Part shown: in pieces, positions 40,477 through 50,086 of the stretch | Position numbering within the stretch: the stretch's first letter is position 1 | Layout of the letters: each line of letters opens with the position of its first letter | Assembly: GCA_012797505.1 (NCBI GenBank) | Contig: JAAZOZ010000159.1 | Coordinates: 1-56,109 of the forward strand | Source: Smithella sp. | GTDB lineage: Bacteria; Desulfobacterota; Syntrophia; Syntrophales; Smithellaceae | Direction of reading: 5' to 3' | Length of the DNA stretch: 56,109 nucleotides | Notes under the pieces: generated by a model | Told to the model about the DNA's origin: nothing | Database searches by the model: none | The model's input: the letters and a program-made list of their open reading frames with translations, nothing else | Made by a program: the position numbers and the translations under genes

Positions 40477-40878
40477 ATGAAGAAAGTCATGGCCATCCTG
40501 ACGATGATCGTTTTTGTCGCCGGACCGGCGCTGGCCGCGGACAAAGCGTTTCAAAAAGCCGATAAAAACAAAGACGGCAAAATCACGAGCCAGGAGTACC
40601 TGAATGCGACTTCCAAGGCCTTTGACGAACTGGACAAGAATCGCGACGGCGTTCTGACGAAAGAAGAGATTCAGGCCAACGATAAGATTGACGCGGACAA
40701 GCTGATTCGAGAAACGGACGCAAACCGGGACGGCAAAATCCTGAAAAAAGAATACCAGAAGGCGGCAAAACAAAGATTTCATTCCATGGATAAAAACAAG
40801 AGCGGCCACATTGACTACAACGAATGGGCGTCCGACCGCTCCGATCTTTACTCTCCTTTCAACCTCTTTTCGTTCTGA
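40477..40878 (+). CDS. secreted EF-hand calcium-binding protein (four EF loops)
   Basis: 133 aa. Signal peptide MKKVMAILTMIVFVAGPALA. Loops DKNKDGKITSQE, DKNRDGVLTKEE, DANRDGKILKKE, DKNKSGHIDYNE. Confidence 0.8.
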   Translation: MKKVMAILTMIVFVAGPALAADKAFQKADKNKDGKITSQEYLNATSKAFDELDKNRDGVLTKEEIQANDKIDADKLIRETDANRDGKILKKEYQKAAKQRFHSMDKNKSGHIDYNEWASDRSDLYSPFNLFSF

Positions 40879-41059
40879 CCGTCGCGACTGCCCTCCGCGG
40901 GACGCAAATCCCGGATTTGGGACGGGCCGGAAGCCGTCCGTCCGAAAGCGGCGCCGGGGGCTTTTCGCAGAGGGTCGCGCATGCTTCAACACCTTTTTAT
41001 GATTGATTTTTTGCATGGATTGCATTAACGTGCGCCGACTATTTTCAAAGGAACAGCAA

Positions 41060-43243
41060 ATGCATTATACGGTTCAACCACTGCAGCAGGGATACGCCAA
41101 TCAGATCCTTTCCATCAACGTAACGACCGGCAAGATGGAGGTCCGTCCTCTTCCTCCCGAAGTTCGAAATTTCTTTATCGGCGGAAGGGGTCTGGGGCTT
41201 TATCTGCTGCATGAGCAAGTGACTTCCCGGACCAAAGCCTCTGATCCGGAAAATCCCCTGATTTTCTCACCGGGGCCGCTGGGCGGCATTCCGCAGTTTC
41301 CCGGAACGAGCAAGTGCATGGCGATTTCGCTGTCGCCCCTGACCGGCATTCCCGGTGTCTCCAATTTTGGAGGCCATTTTGGCGCTTATCTGAAATATGC
41401 CGGGTTTGACGCGCTGACAGTCGCGGGAATCGCCCCTGAACCGGTCATGATCGTCATTGACGGTTTCCGGCGGGAAATCTCCATCGTCGGTGTTTCCGGA
41501 GACGATCAGGTTTTTCATCTTGAGAAGACGCTGGTGGACCGGTTTTTGCGCGAGGGCCATGAAAAAAAGGACCTGGCCTTTTTGACGACCGGCATCGGAG
41601 CGGAGCATACGTCTTTCGGTTGCATCAACAGCCATTACTATGACGCCACGAAGCCGGTGGAAGGCGGCAAAGGCCTCTTCCGCACCAAACAGGCCGGCCG
41701 CACGGGCCTGGGATCCGTGATGAGCCAAAAGCTTGTTACGGCCATTGTTGTTCTGGCCGCTTTTCCCCGCGGTGAAAACCCTTACGGAGCGGCCGACTGG
41801 AACAGAGTCAAAGAGGCGGGGGCGAAGCTGCACGGGGTTGTGCGGGACGTCGATCCGCAGGCGCTGAAAATGCATCTCAAAGGGTCGGCCGGTCTGATCT
41901 CTTTTATGAACAAGGAAGAATACCAGTCCCTGCCGGTCCATAATTATCAGCGCGGGTCACACCCTCGGGCGGGTGAAATCTGCGGCAAAGTTTACGCCGA
42001 GCGGCTGTTTGAGCATCGCGGGATGGACGGGTGCTTTCCGGGCTGCAATCTGCGCTGCACCAAGGGCGGCTGGGTCATGCTGACGTCGGGCGAGCATACC
42101 GGGCGAAGAGTCTGGGTGGACGGCCCCGAGTATGAAACCGCCGCCGGTTTCGGCTCGAATCTGGGCATGTGGCATCCCGAATTTGTCATGGAAGCCAACT
42201 GGCACTGCGACAATTACGGCATCGATACCATTACTACGGCGGTCATCATGGCGTTTGTCATGGAATGCTGCCAGCGCGGCTACCTGACGAAGGAAGACAC
42301 GGACGGCTTTTGTCTGACGTGGGGGGATGAGCAGGCGGCGCTGCAGTTCATCCATGACCTGGCGTATCGCCGGACCGACTTGGCCCGCGCCGCCGCCCTG
42401 GGCATGGTGGGCCTGACCGACTGGGTCTCTCTAAAGTACGCTTTGCGAACCGGCAAAGCGAAACCGCTCGAAGAGCTGCAGACGTTTGCCATGCAGACCA
42501 AAGGCCTTCCTTTCTCCCTGTATCGCACGCACCGGTCGCTTTCCATGCAGGCCTCCTACGCGGCGGCCAGCGACATCGGCGCGCATCATGCCGCCGCCTG
42601 GCTGGTCAAGGTGGATCTGCTGGGCGCCTTTCCCACGTTTGAATCCAAGGCCAGAGCGCTGATCACCTATCCCCGTGTGCGCCTGGGCAACGACAATCTG
42701 GGCCTGTGCAAGCTGCCCTGGGTGGATGTTTTAAATCCCGATTCCATGAAGGAAAACCATACCGACATCTACATCAATCCGGCGTCGCAGGAGCTTTATG
42801 CGGATTTTTACAACGGCATGCTGGGGACGGAACTGACCTGGGAACAGATCTTCGAGCAGACGGACCGGGACATCAACCTCCAGCGTGTGCTGAATGTGCT
42901 GTCGTTCGGGGCAACGACCGGGGAACGCGACTGGATTCCCGACCGGGCCATCGGGCCTACGGAGGACACGCTCTATGAACTGGAAAAAGAATACAATGAC
43001 CGGCAGCTGAGCGAGATTCTGCAGTGGCCTCTGCCGGAAATTCAGCAGATGCCCACGGGCGAAAAGCGCGCCGCGCTGATGCGGCATCGAAAAGAGGATC
43101 TGCGTCAGTTGATTCTTGTGTATTACCGTGAGCGGGGCTGGACGGATGCGGGTGTCCCGAAGGTGGAGACGCTCCAGCAAATCGGTTTATGGCGTTTTCT
43201 GACGGACGAAGCCAGGGCTATCATTACCCGCCTGAACGGGTAA
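41060..43243 (+). CDS. aldehyde:ferredoxin oxidoreductase (AOR) family tungsto/molybdopterin enzyme, divergent and long
   Basis: 727 aa from ATG 41060. GGRGLGLYLL, DGPEYETAAGFGSNLG, DNLGLCKL, C-terminal YYRERGW. Cluster motif GCFPGCNLRC. Confidence 0.85.
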   Translation: MHYTVQPLQQGYANQILSINVTTGKMEVRPLPPEVRNFFIGGRGLGLYLLHEQVTSRTKASDPENPLIFSPGPLGGIPQFPGTSKCMAISLSPLTGIPGVSNFGGHFGAYLKYAGFDALTVAGIAPEPVMIVIDGFRREISIVGVSGDDQVFHLEKTLVDRFLREGHEKKDLAFLTTGIGAEHTSFGCINSHYYDATKPVEGGKGLFRTKQAGRTGLGSVMSQKLVTAIVVLAAFPRGENPYGAADWNRVKEAGAKLHGVVRDVDPQALKMHLKGSAGLISFMNKEEYQSLPVHNYQRGSHPRAGEICGKVYAERLFEHRGMDGCFPGCNLRCTKGGWVMLTSGEHTGRRVWVDGPEYETAAGFGSNLGMWHPEFVMEANWHCDNYGIDTITTAVIMAFVMECCQRGYLTKEDTDGFCLTWGDEQAALQFIHDLAYRRTDLARAAALGMVGLTDWVSLKYALRTGKAKPLEELQTFAMQTKGLPFSLYRTHRSLSMQASYAAASDIGAHHAAAWLVKVDLLGAFPTFESKARALITYPRVRLGNDNLGLCKLPWVDVLNPDSMKENHTDIYINPASQELYADFYNGMLGTELTWEQIFEQTDRDINLQRVLNVLSFGATTGERDWIPDRAIGPTEDTLYELEKEYNDRQLSEILQWPLPEIQQMPTGEKRAALMRHRKEDLRQLILVYYRERGWTDAGVPKVETLQQIGLWRFLTDEARAIITRLNG

Positions 43244-43270
43244 AGATTTTCGGCCGGAAAGGAGTCTCCC

Positions 43271-45022
43271 GTGCTTCAGAATCAGGTCTGGCAGCCTCTT
43301 CCGGGAATCCGGCAGGCGGAAATCTATCCGTATCTGCGGAAGCCCGATCTTCTCTCCTCCAATTCCTGCGTCATCCGCACCCCCCAGCAGATTCTGCTGA
43401 TCGATGCCGGGGCGCTGGCCGCGCAGACCGCGGATCTGAACCGGATCCTGGCGGAGTGTCAGCGGGAACGCACCCGACCGGTTGTCGTTTACCTGACCCA
43501 CTGCCACCTGGACCATTCCCTGGAGGTCGGCAGGCACCGGCAGATCATGACGGCGGCGCCCGTCTGGATTGCCGTCCAGGAACAGGGGGCCGATTATCTG
43601 AGCCTTGGGGATCCGGCAAAAACCATCGCGGAACTTTACGGCGTGGCTTTTCCATCCCTGCGGCCGGATATCCGTCTGCTCACGGAAACAGACATGAGAA
43701 GAAAAGCCCCCCGATCAATTTCACTCCAGCCGGGCGTGAACATGAGGATCACGACCGAGGCCATCGCAACGGATCTGAAGGAGCCTCTGTTCCAGCAGAC
43801 CATCTCCATTGGCGGAGGCGATGTCCTGGAACTGTATTCGGCGCCCGGACACAGTCCCGACAGCGTCTGCATCCGCGTCGGCGAAATTCTCTTTATCGGC
43901 GATTTGCTCGCCGCGGCCAATCCGATGGTTGCCGGAATTGCCGGCTGGCACCGGGAGCATCTCCTCGACACCCAGCGGCATGTACAATGGCTTTTGGATC
44001 ATCAACCGATCACGCTCTGTTATCCCGGACACGGCGGTTTGATTCCGTCGGAGAAAGCCCGCGACATCCTGGGGCGGCTGCAGCGCAAAACCCTCTCGCT
44101 GGGCGACGTGAGCCGGATGAACGAGGAGCGCCTCTTTCAGATCACGGACTACGCGCTGGAGCTCATCGATGAGGCCGAGGAAGTATTTTCATCGATTGCC
44201 GGCCGGCTTCTTTATGTGGCGTATCAACTGGAGCGCCTGGAGGAAGAAGAGGCGGCCTGCCGGTGCCGCGACGCAATGCCCATGGAGCGGATTGACGCCT
44301 GTCTGCTGGAATTTCGCAAACTCTGCCGGAGGCTGGAGTCCGGAAAAATCCGGCGGGTGGAATTCGCGCATGGCGCCCTGGCGATTGTCGAACAGATCAA
44401 AGGGCTCTTTGACCCCCGCCCGCTGACCGCCATTCTGCCCCAGCCGATGATTCACCGGGGCACAAGCCTGCTTCTCGATTTTATCGGCATCGCCAACGGA
44501 CGCCGCAACCTGGAGGAGTTTATTCCAACGGACGTCAACGCGGTGATCGACGATGTGCTGCGGGCGGGTCGGGAGACCCCTCATCTGGACGCCTCTGTTC
44601 TGGATTATGTGGAGGATGAGGCGCGGTTTCTGGCCGCTCTGGTTCTGCGCATCGGCCACGAACCGGCAGCCGCTCGTCCCCCCGTCCATTTCCTGCCGCA
44701 CAAGTCCCTTCCTTACGTGTCGGTTGCACCCGGCCGTTTTTCGGATACGCTCCTGACGTTTCTGGACTGGCTTGCGCAGACGCACCCGCCGTCCATCCGC
44801 ATCGCGACCGGCATGCATCGCGGCGGTCCCTTTGTGACGATAGCGCCCGCGGGCTGGGGCGATGCGGCGCCGACGCCCCACCGGAAGAAGAAAATCGATT
44901 CCTTTGCCCGCCGGTTCCGCATGTGCGGCCTGGTTCTGCATGCGAAAAAAGAAGGTTTTCGGCTGACCCTTGCCGAAGGGCCGGACGCGGCAGACGTATC
45001 TGCGCCGGTTGATTTACACTGA
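43271..45022 (+). CDS. MBL-fold metallo-hydrolase with about 300-aa C-terminal domain of unknown function
   Basis: 583 aa. GTG start after GGAAAGGAG. LTHCHLDHS (HxHxDH) and APGHSPDS. No family recognised in the C-terminal half. Confidence 0.7.
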   Translation: MLQNQVWQPLPGIRQAEIYPYLRKPDLLSSNSCVIRTPQQILLIDAGALAAQTADLNRILAECQRERTRPVVVYLTHCHLDHSLEVGRHRQIMTAAPVWIAVQEQGADYLSLGDPAKTIAELYGVAFPSLRPDIRLLTETDMRRKAPRSISLQPGVNMRITTEAIATDLKEPLFQQTISIGGGDVLELYSAPGHSPDSVCIRVGEILFIGDLLAAANPMVAGIAGWHREHLLDTQRHVQWLLDHQPITLCYPGHGGLIPSEKARDILGRLQRKTLSLGDVSRMNEERLFQITDYALELIDEAEEVFSSIAGRLLYVAYQLERLEEEEAACRCRDAMPMERIDACLLEFRKLCRRLESGKIRRVEFAHGALAIVEQIKGLFDPRPLTAILPQPMIHRGTSLLLDFIGIANGRRNLEEFIPTDVNAVIDDVLRAGRETPHLDASVLDYVEDEARFLAALVLRIGHEPAAARPPVHFLPHKSLPYVSVAPGRFSDTLLTFLDWLAQTHPPSIRIATGMHRGGPFVTIAPAGWGDAAPTPHRKKKIDSFARRFRMCGLVLHAKKEGFRLTLAEGPDAADVSAPVDLH

Positions 45023-45272
45023 ATAATTTTCGAAAAAGTGGTTGATTTCAGCGTCAAAAAAAATTAAGAAACACCCTCAAGAGCATTGAATCCCGCTGTT
45101 GCGGGACGAGCGTTCATTCTCCGCAGTATGCTGCGATATTTTGCGTTCATTTCATGCCTCAACAGTGTGCTGCGAAGTGGTTGATCAACGAAATATCTGA
45201 TACATTTTTTCCGGCAAGATTCACCCAGTAAACAGTAATTTGAAAAATTTTTTTCGATAAGGAGAATGCTTT

Positions 45273-46130
45273 ATGGAAATCAAGAAAATTTGTGTGTTGG
45301 GCGCGGGACTGATGGGGAACGGCATTGCGCAGATTTGCGCTCAGGCGGGGTACGAAGTGGCGCTTCGGGACATCGAACAGCGGTTTGTGGACGGCGGCAT
45401 GAACACGATCAAAAAGAACCTGGCCCGGGACGTCGAAAAAGGGAAAATGACGCAGGCGCATATGGAAGCGGTGCTCGGCCGCATCACGCCAACGCTGGAT
45501 TTGAAGCAGGCAGCCGCCGGCGCGGACGTGGTGGTCGAAGTCGTGATCGAAGTCATGGACGTCAAGAAAAAGGTCTATGCCGAACTGGAAGCCGTCGTTC
45601 CCGAACACTGCCTGTTTTTTACCAACACGTCCGGGCTCAGCATTACGGAAATGGCCGCCGTGACCGGCCGTCCGGACCGTTTTATCGGCACGCATTTTTT
45701 CAATCCCGTTCCGGTGATGCGTCTTCTGGAAATTATCCGTGGTCATCAGACCTCCGATGAAACGCTGAAAACCGCCCAGGAGTGGGGCAGGAAAATCGGC
45801 AAGGAGGTCATTACGGTGAAGGAGGCCCCGGCTTTTGTCGTCAACCGGATTCTGTGCACGATGCTGAACGAGGCCTTCTTTGTGCTGGACGAGGGGCTGG
45901 CGTCGGCCGAAGACATCGATAAAAGCATGGTGCTGGGATGCAACCATCCGATCGGGCCGCTGGCGCTGGCCGACCTGGTGGGCAACGAGACATTGCTGCG
46001 CGTGATCGAAGGCTTGCAGCGGGAACTGGGCGACAAATACCGTCCCGCGCCGATTTTGAGAAAACTGGTCCGTGCCGGAAATTTCGGACGGAAAACCGGC
46101 CGGGGCGTTTACGATTACGGTAAAAAATAG
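45273..46130 (+). CDS. hbd: 3-hydroxybutyryl-CoA (3-hydroxyacyl-CoA) dehydrogenase
   Basis: 285 aa. [13 protein letters not shown] Rossmann motif and typical Hbd C-terminal domain. Confidence 0.9.
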   Translation: MEIKKICVLGAGLMGNGIAQICAQAGYEVALRDIEQRFVDGGMNTIKKNLARDVEKGKMTQAHMEAVLGRITPTLDLKQAAAGADVVVEVVIEVMDVKKKVYAELEAVVPEHCLFFTNTSGLSITEMAAVTGRPDRFIGTHFFNPVPVMRLLEIIRGHQTSDETLKTAQEWGRKIGKEVITVKEAPAFVVNRILCTMLNEAFFVLDEGLASAEDIDKSMVLGCNHPIGPLALADLVGNETLLRVIEGLQRELGDKYRPAPILRKLVRAGNFGRKTGRGVYDYGKK

Positions 46131-46205
46131 CATCATCCTGCAGGCGGGCACAGGCTTCCGGGCCGCCCCGGCAGTCTAATGACGGAGGGAAAGGAGAAAT
46201 TTCGC

Positions 46206-47348
46206 ATGAATTTCGAATTGACGGAAGAAATGAGAATGCTGAAGGAGATGGCCTATAAATTTGCCGTGGCGGAAATCGCGCCGTTTTCCGCCGAATGCGA
46301 CGAACAGGAGAAATACCTGCCGGAAATCCGGAAGAAGGCGGCCGAAAACGGCCTGGTCGGGGCGTGGATTCCGGAAGCCTACGGCGGGTCCGGCGCCGGC
46401 ATTCTGGGTAATGCCATCATTACGGAGGAGCTGTCCAAAATCGATATGGGCATCGGCCTGAATATCGTCGCTTCCGGCTTCGGCTGCGAGTCCATTCTCA
46501 ACTACGGAACGGAAGAGCAGAAGAAGACCTATCTGCCGCCGATCTGCGAAGGCGTCCAGGTTTGCGCCGGCGCCTATACCGAACCCAACGCGGGAACGGA
46601 TGTCTCGGGTTACAAGACGCGGGCCGTCAAGGATGGAAGCGATTATGTGATCAACGGCAACAAAATGTTCATCACCAACGGCACCGTGTGCGATTTCATG
46701 GTTGCGCAATGCATCACCAACCCCGAACAAAAGAAGCACAACAGTTTTAGCCTCATCATTGTGCCGGCGGACGCCAGGGGAGTGACGCGCAACAAAATCC
46801 ACGGGAAGATGGGCATTCGCGCCAGCGACACGGCGGAGATCGCGTTTGAAGACGTCCGCGTTCCCCAATCCAATCTGGTGGGGAAGGAAGGGAACGGCTT
46901 CCGCCAGCTCATGCACTTTTTCGACATCACCCGCGTGATGGTTTCCGGGCAGGCCCTGGGGCTTGCGCAGGCGTGCCTGGAAACCAGCATCAAGTATGTC
47001 AAGGAAAGAACCGCTTTCGGCGCGCCGCTGGGCTCTTTTCAAATCACCCAGATGAAGCTCACGGAAATGGCCATCCGCATTGAGGCGCTGCGCGGCCTGG
47101 TGTACAAGGCGGCCTGGCTGATCGATCAGGGAAAGCCCGATTACACGCTCGCGGCCATGGCCAAATTCTACGGCGGTCAGACCGCCGTCTTCTGCGCGAA
47201 TTATGCCGTGGAACTGCACGGCGGCTATGGATACATCGAAGAGTACCCCGTGCAGAAATGGTACCGGGATGCGAAAATCCTGGAGCTTTATGAAGGGACC
47301 AAGGAAGCCGAAATCATGACGATCGGCAGGGCGCTGCAGACCCGGTAA
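46206..47348 (+). CDS. acyl-CoA dehydrogenase
   Basis: 380 aa from ATG 46206. YTEPNAGTDVSG, FITNG, C-terminal YEGTKEAEIMTIGRAL. Confidence 0.9.
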   Translation: MNFELTEEMRMLKEMAYKFAVAEIAPFSAECDEQEKYLPEIRKKAAENGLVGAWIPEAYGGSGAGILGNAIITEELSKIDMGIGLNIVASGFGCESILNYGTEEQKKTYLPPICEGVQVCAGAYTEPNAGTDVSGYKTRAVKDGSDYVINGNKMFITNGTVCDFMVAQCITNPEQKKHNSFSLIIVPADARGVTRNKIHGKMGIRASDTAEIAFEDVRVPQSNLVGKEGNGFRQLMHFFDITRVMVSGQALGLAQACLETSIKYVKERTAFGAPLGSFQITQMKLTEMAIRIEALRGLVYKAAWLIDQGKPDYTLAAMAKFYGGQTAVFCANYAVELHGGYGYIEEYPVQKWYRDAKILELYEGTKEAEIMTIGRALQTR

Positions 47349-47350
47349 GC

Positions 47351-47860
47351 TTACCGGGCCTTGCCGCTGGTCCTGTCCTGATATTTCTTGACTTCGTCTG
47401 TGTCGGAGGGGGGATAGATGACCACCTTTCCCCCCTCTTTTATTTTGATGCCGATGATAAGGCCCAGCATGGAGTACCACTCGCCGATTTTCCGGCCCTG
47501 GTTGTCCAGAATGTCCAAGCCGTGGGGGCTCTGAAGACAGCATTCATTGAGCCGCCTCTGCATGTTGGTGACGAGGTCGGCCATGATCTCCGTCTTCGGC
47601 TCGATTTTTTTCCACAGGTCCTCGTCGCTGTCGATCACCACGTCTTTCTGAAGGCCGAAAATGGCCACGGGATACACGTCCGACCCGCTGATAAAGTAAT
47701 TGTAATCGCTGCGGACGATGAATTTCTTGAAATTTTCCGTTGCTTCGATGCTTGGCTTGAAGCTGCCCATGTCTTTGAGCAGTTTTCCCGAGCAACCGGT
47801 AAACAGCCCCACAAACACCGCGGCCAGCAGGGCCGCTGAAATCATCCCCGATTTACGCAT
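47351..47860 (-). CDS. lipoprotein, unknown function
   Basis: 169 aa from ATG 47860. MRKSGMISAALLAAVFVGLFTGC lipobox. Convergent with the acd gene, stops 2 nt apart. Confidence 0.6.
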   Translation of the reverse strand: MRKSGMISAALLAAVFVGLFTGCSGKLLKDMGSFKPSIEATENFKKFIVRSDYNYFISGSDVYPVAIFGLQKDVVIDSDEDLWKKIEPKTEIMADLVTNMQRRLNECCLQSPHGLDILDNQGRKIGEWYSMLGLIIGIKIKEGGKVVIYPPSDTDEVKKYQDRTSGKAR

Positions 47861-48092
47861 GTTTACGCTCCTTGGTTGTGTCATTTTGTCTTGCCGTTTC
47901 CGGCAGGACATCCGGTTTGGCCTTCACGACCGGTGTTCTGGCTGTATCGGCCTTGATCCGCAGCCGGCATTTTTGTAACACAAAACGGGAAGTCATCAAA
48001 CATAATTTTCAAAACCTTTTTTCAAAAAAGGGGAGCTTCTTTTTTTCGGATTGCCGCGGGCGGCTGTGGATCCATGCGGAATCAATTCATGA

Positions 48093-48121
48093 TTGACATC
48101 GCGGGCGGCTTTTCCTATACT
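48093..48121 (+). promoter_or_regulatory. sigma70 promoter candidate for the GH15-otsA-otsB cluster
   Basis: TTGACA (48093-48098), 17-nt spacer, TATACT (48116-48121). Leaves a leader of about 155 nt before ATG 48283. Confidence 0.5.
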
Positions 48122-48282
48122 CAAGACGCCCATGAGCAAATCTTCCGCCTCTGACAAAACGCTGTCCTCGAATTGACCGATGCCGACAGTCCGCCGTTCT
48201 TCCCTGATTGCTTCCGGCATCTCCCCCGCTGAATGATCGGCGACGGAAAAACATGGACAACCTCAAGTAAGGAAGGCGTTTG

Positions 48283-50073
48283 ATGAAAAATTCCCTTGAG
48301 CTCGGCCTGATCGGCAACTGCCGCATCGGCGCTTTGATTGATGAGCGCGGTGAAATCGTCTGGAGCTGTCTGCCCCGGTTCGACGGAGATCCGGTTTTCT
48401 GCTCTCTGCTGCGCGAACATGCCGACGGCGAAGGGTCCGGCTATTGCGTGGTGGAGCTGATCGATCAGGTGGAGGCCGCCCAGTTCTATCTGCCCAACAC
48501 GGCCATCCTGGTGACCCGCCTGACGGATCGGCACGGCGCGTCCATCGAAATCACGGATTTTGCCCCCCGTTTTCATCAGTACGGCCGGACGTTCATGCCG
48601 ATGATGATGATTCGCCAGATCCGGCGTATTCACGGAACGCCGCGCATTTGCGTGCGCGTTCGCCCCGTGTGCGAATACGGAGGCCAGAGCTGCACCGTCA
48701 CCCACGGCAGTCATCACATCCGCTACGTCGCACCGTCCTGGATCTTACGCCTGACCACCGACATCTCCGTGACCGCCGTGCTTCAGGAAATCCCCTTTTT
48801 CCTGGAAACCGCCGCCACGATGATTCTGGGGCCGGATGAAACCATTCCGGACGCCATCGGCGATCTTTCACGCCGTTTTCTGGACGAAACGGTCGGCAGC
48901 TGGCGCAACTGGGTCAGAGACCTTTCCATTCCCTTCGAGTGGCAGGAAGAGGTGATTCGCGCCGCCATTACCCTGAAGCTGAACACGTTTCAGGATACGG
49001 GCGCCATCATCGCGGCCATGACGACATCGATTCCGGAGGCGCCGGATTCGGGCCGCAACTGGGACTATCGCTACTGCTGGCTGAGAGATTCCTACTTTGT
49101 CGTCAACGCCCTGAACCGCCTCAGCACGACCAATACGATGGAACGGTATTTGAATTACCTGATCAATGTGGCGGCGGGAACGCCCAACGGCCGGATTCAG
49201 CCCGTGTACGGCATTGACGGCAGGGCCAAGCTGGACGAGCGGGACGTCGATAGCCTTCCCGGTTATCGGGGAATGGGGCCCGTCCGGATCGGCAACCAGG
49301 CCTGCGAACAGATCCAGCATGATGTTTACGGATCGGCCATCCTCGCCGTGGCGCACACCTTCTTTGACCGCAGACTTGCCCACCGGGGAGGAGCGGCTCT
49401 CTTCTCGCGGCTGGAACCCCTGGGGGAAGCAGCCATGGCGGTTCATGACCAGCCGGATTCGGGTCCCTGGGAAACACGCAACACCCTGCGGGTTCACACG
49501 TTTTCCAGCCTGATGTGCTGGGCGGCCTGCGACCGTCTGGCCCGCATCGCCGTTTATATCGGCCTTTCCGAACGCGCTGCCTGCTGGCAAAGCCGGGCGG
49601 AACGGATTCATGCCACCATCTGCCGCCGTGCGTGGAATGAAAAAAAGCAGTCTTTCGTCGGCGCATTTGACGGAGATTCGCTGGATGCCAGCCTTCTGCT
49701 GCTCCACGACATCGGGTTTCTGTCCGACGATGATCCTCGTTTTGTCCGGACGGTGGCCGCGGTTGAACGGGAGCTCCGGCGCGGCGATTATATTTACCGC
49801 TATGTGGAGACGGATGATTTCGGCGTTCCCCAAAACGCTTTTGTGGTCTGCACCTTCTGGTATATTTACGCGCTGGCTGCCCTGAACCGCGGCGAAGAAG
49901 CCCGCGCGCTGTTTGAAAACCTCCTGTCCCGCCGAAGCCGCCACGGGCTTCTGGCCGAGCACATCGATCCGCGCACGGGAGATCCCTGGGGGAATTTTGT
50001 TCAGACCTACAGCATGGTGGGCCTGATCAACTCCGCCATCCGCCTCAGCAGGCGCTGGGACAGTGCGTTTTAG
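48283..50073 (+). CDS. glycoside hydrolase family 15 (glucoamylase/trehalase-like)
   Basis: 596 aa. GH15-type (alpha/alpha)6 region (NWDYRYCWLRDS, GPWE, FTFWYIYAL-like CTFWYIYAL). Confidence 0.85.
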   Translation: MKNSLELGLIGNCRIGALIDERGEIVWSCLPRFDGDPVFCSLLREHADGEGSGYCVVELIDQVEAAQFYLPNTAILVTRLTDRHGASIEITDFAPRFHQYGRTFMPMMMIRQIRRIHGTPRICVRVRPVCEYGGQSCTVTHGSHHIRYVAPSWILRLTTDISVTAVLQEIPFFLETAATMILGPDETIPDAIGDLSRRFLDETVGSWRNWVRDLSIPFEWQEEVIRAAITLKLNTFQDTGAIIAAMTTSIPEAPDSGRNWDYRYCWLRDSYFVVNALNRLSTTNTMERYLNYLINVAAGTPNGRIQPVYGIDGRAKLDERDVDSLPGYRGMGPVRIGNQACEQIQHDVYGSAILAVAHTFFDRRLAHRGGAALFSRLEPLGEAAMAVHDQPDSGPWETRNTLRVHTFSSLMCWAACDRLARIAVYIGLSERAACWQSRAERIHATICRRAWNEKKQSFVGAFDGDSLDASLLLLHDIGFLSDDDPRFVRTVAAVERELRRGDYIYRYVETDDFGVPQNAFVVCTFWYIYALAALNRGEEARALFENLLSRRSRHGLLAEHIDPRTGDPWGNFVQTYSMVGLINSAIRLSRRWDSAF

Positions 50074-50086
50074 AAGAGGGGGGCGG

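Noticed and set aside
40879-41059. Possible Moco/Wco riboswitch in the GC-rich structured spacer upstream of the AOR gene
   Set aside because: Long-range pairing (CGCGAC..CCCTC with GAGGG.TCGCG) and internal hairpins exist. I could not match the conserved Moco-motif nucleotides from memory. The region also resembles the GC-rich repeat or terminator-like elements seen elsewhere. An Infernal scan with RF01055 would settle it.
48020-48050. Terminator-like A/T palindrome CCTTTTTTCAAAAAAGG
   Set aside because: It is pure A/T pairing with almost no loop. It lies upstream of, not downstream of, both flanking divergent genes, so a terminator role is not supported.
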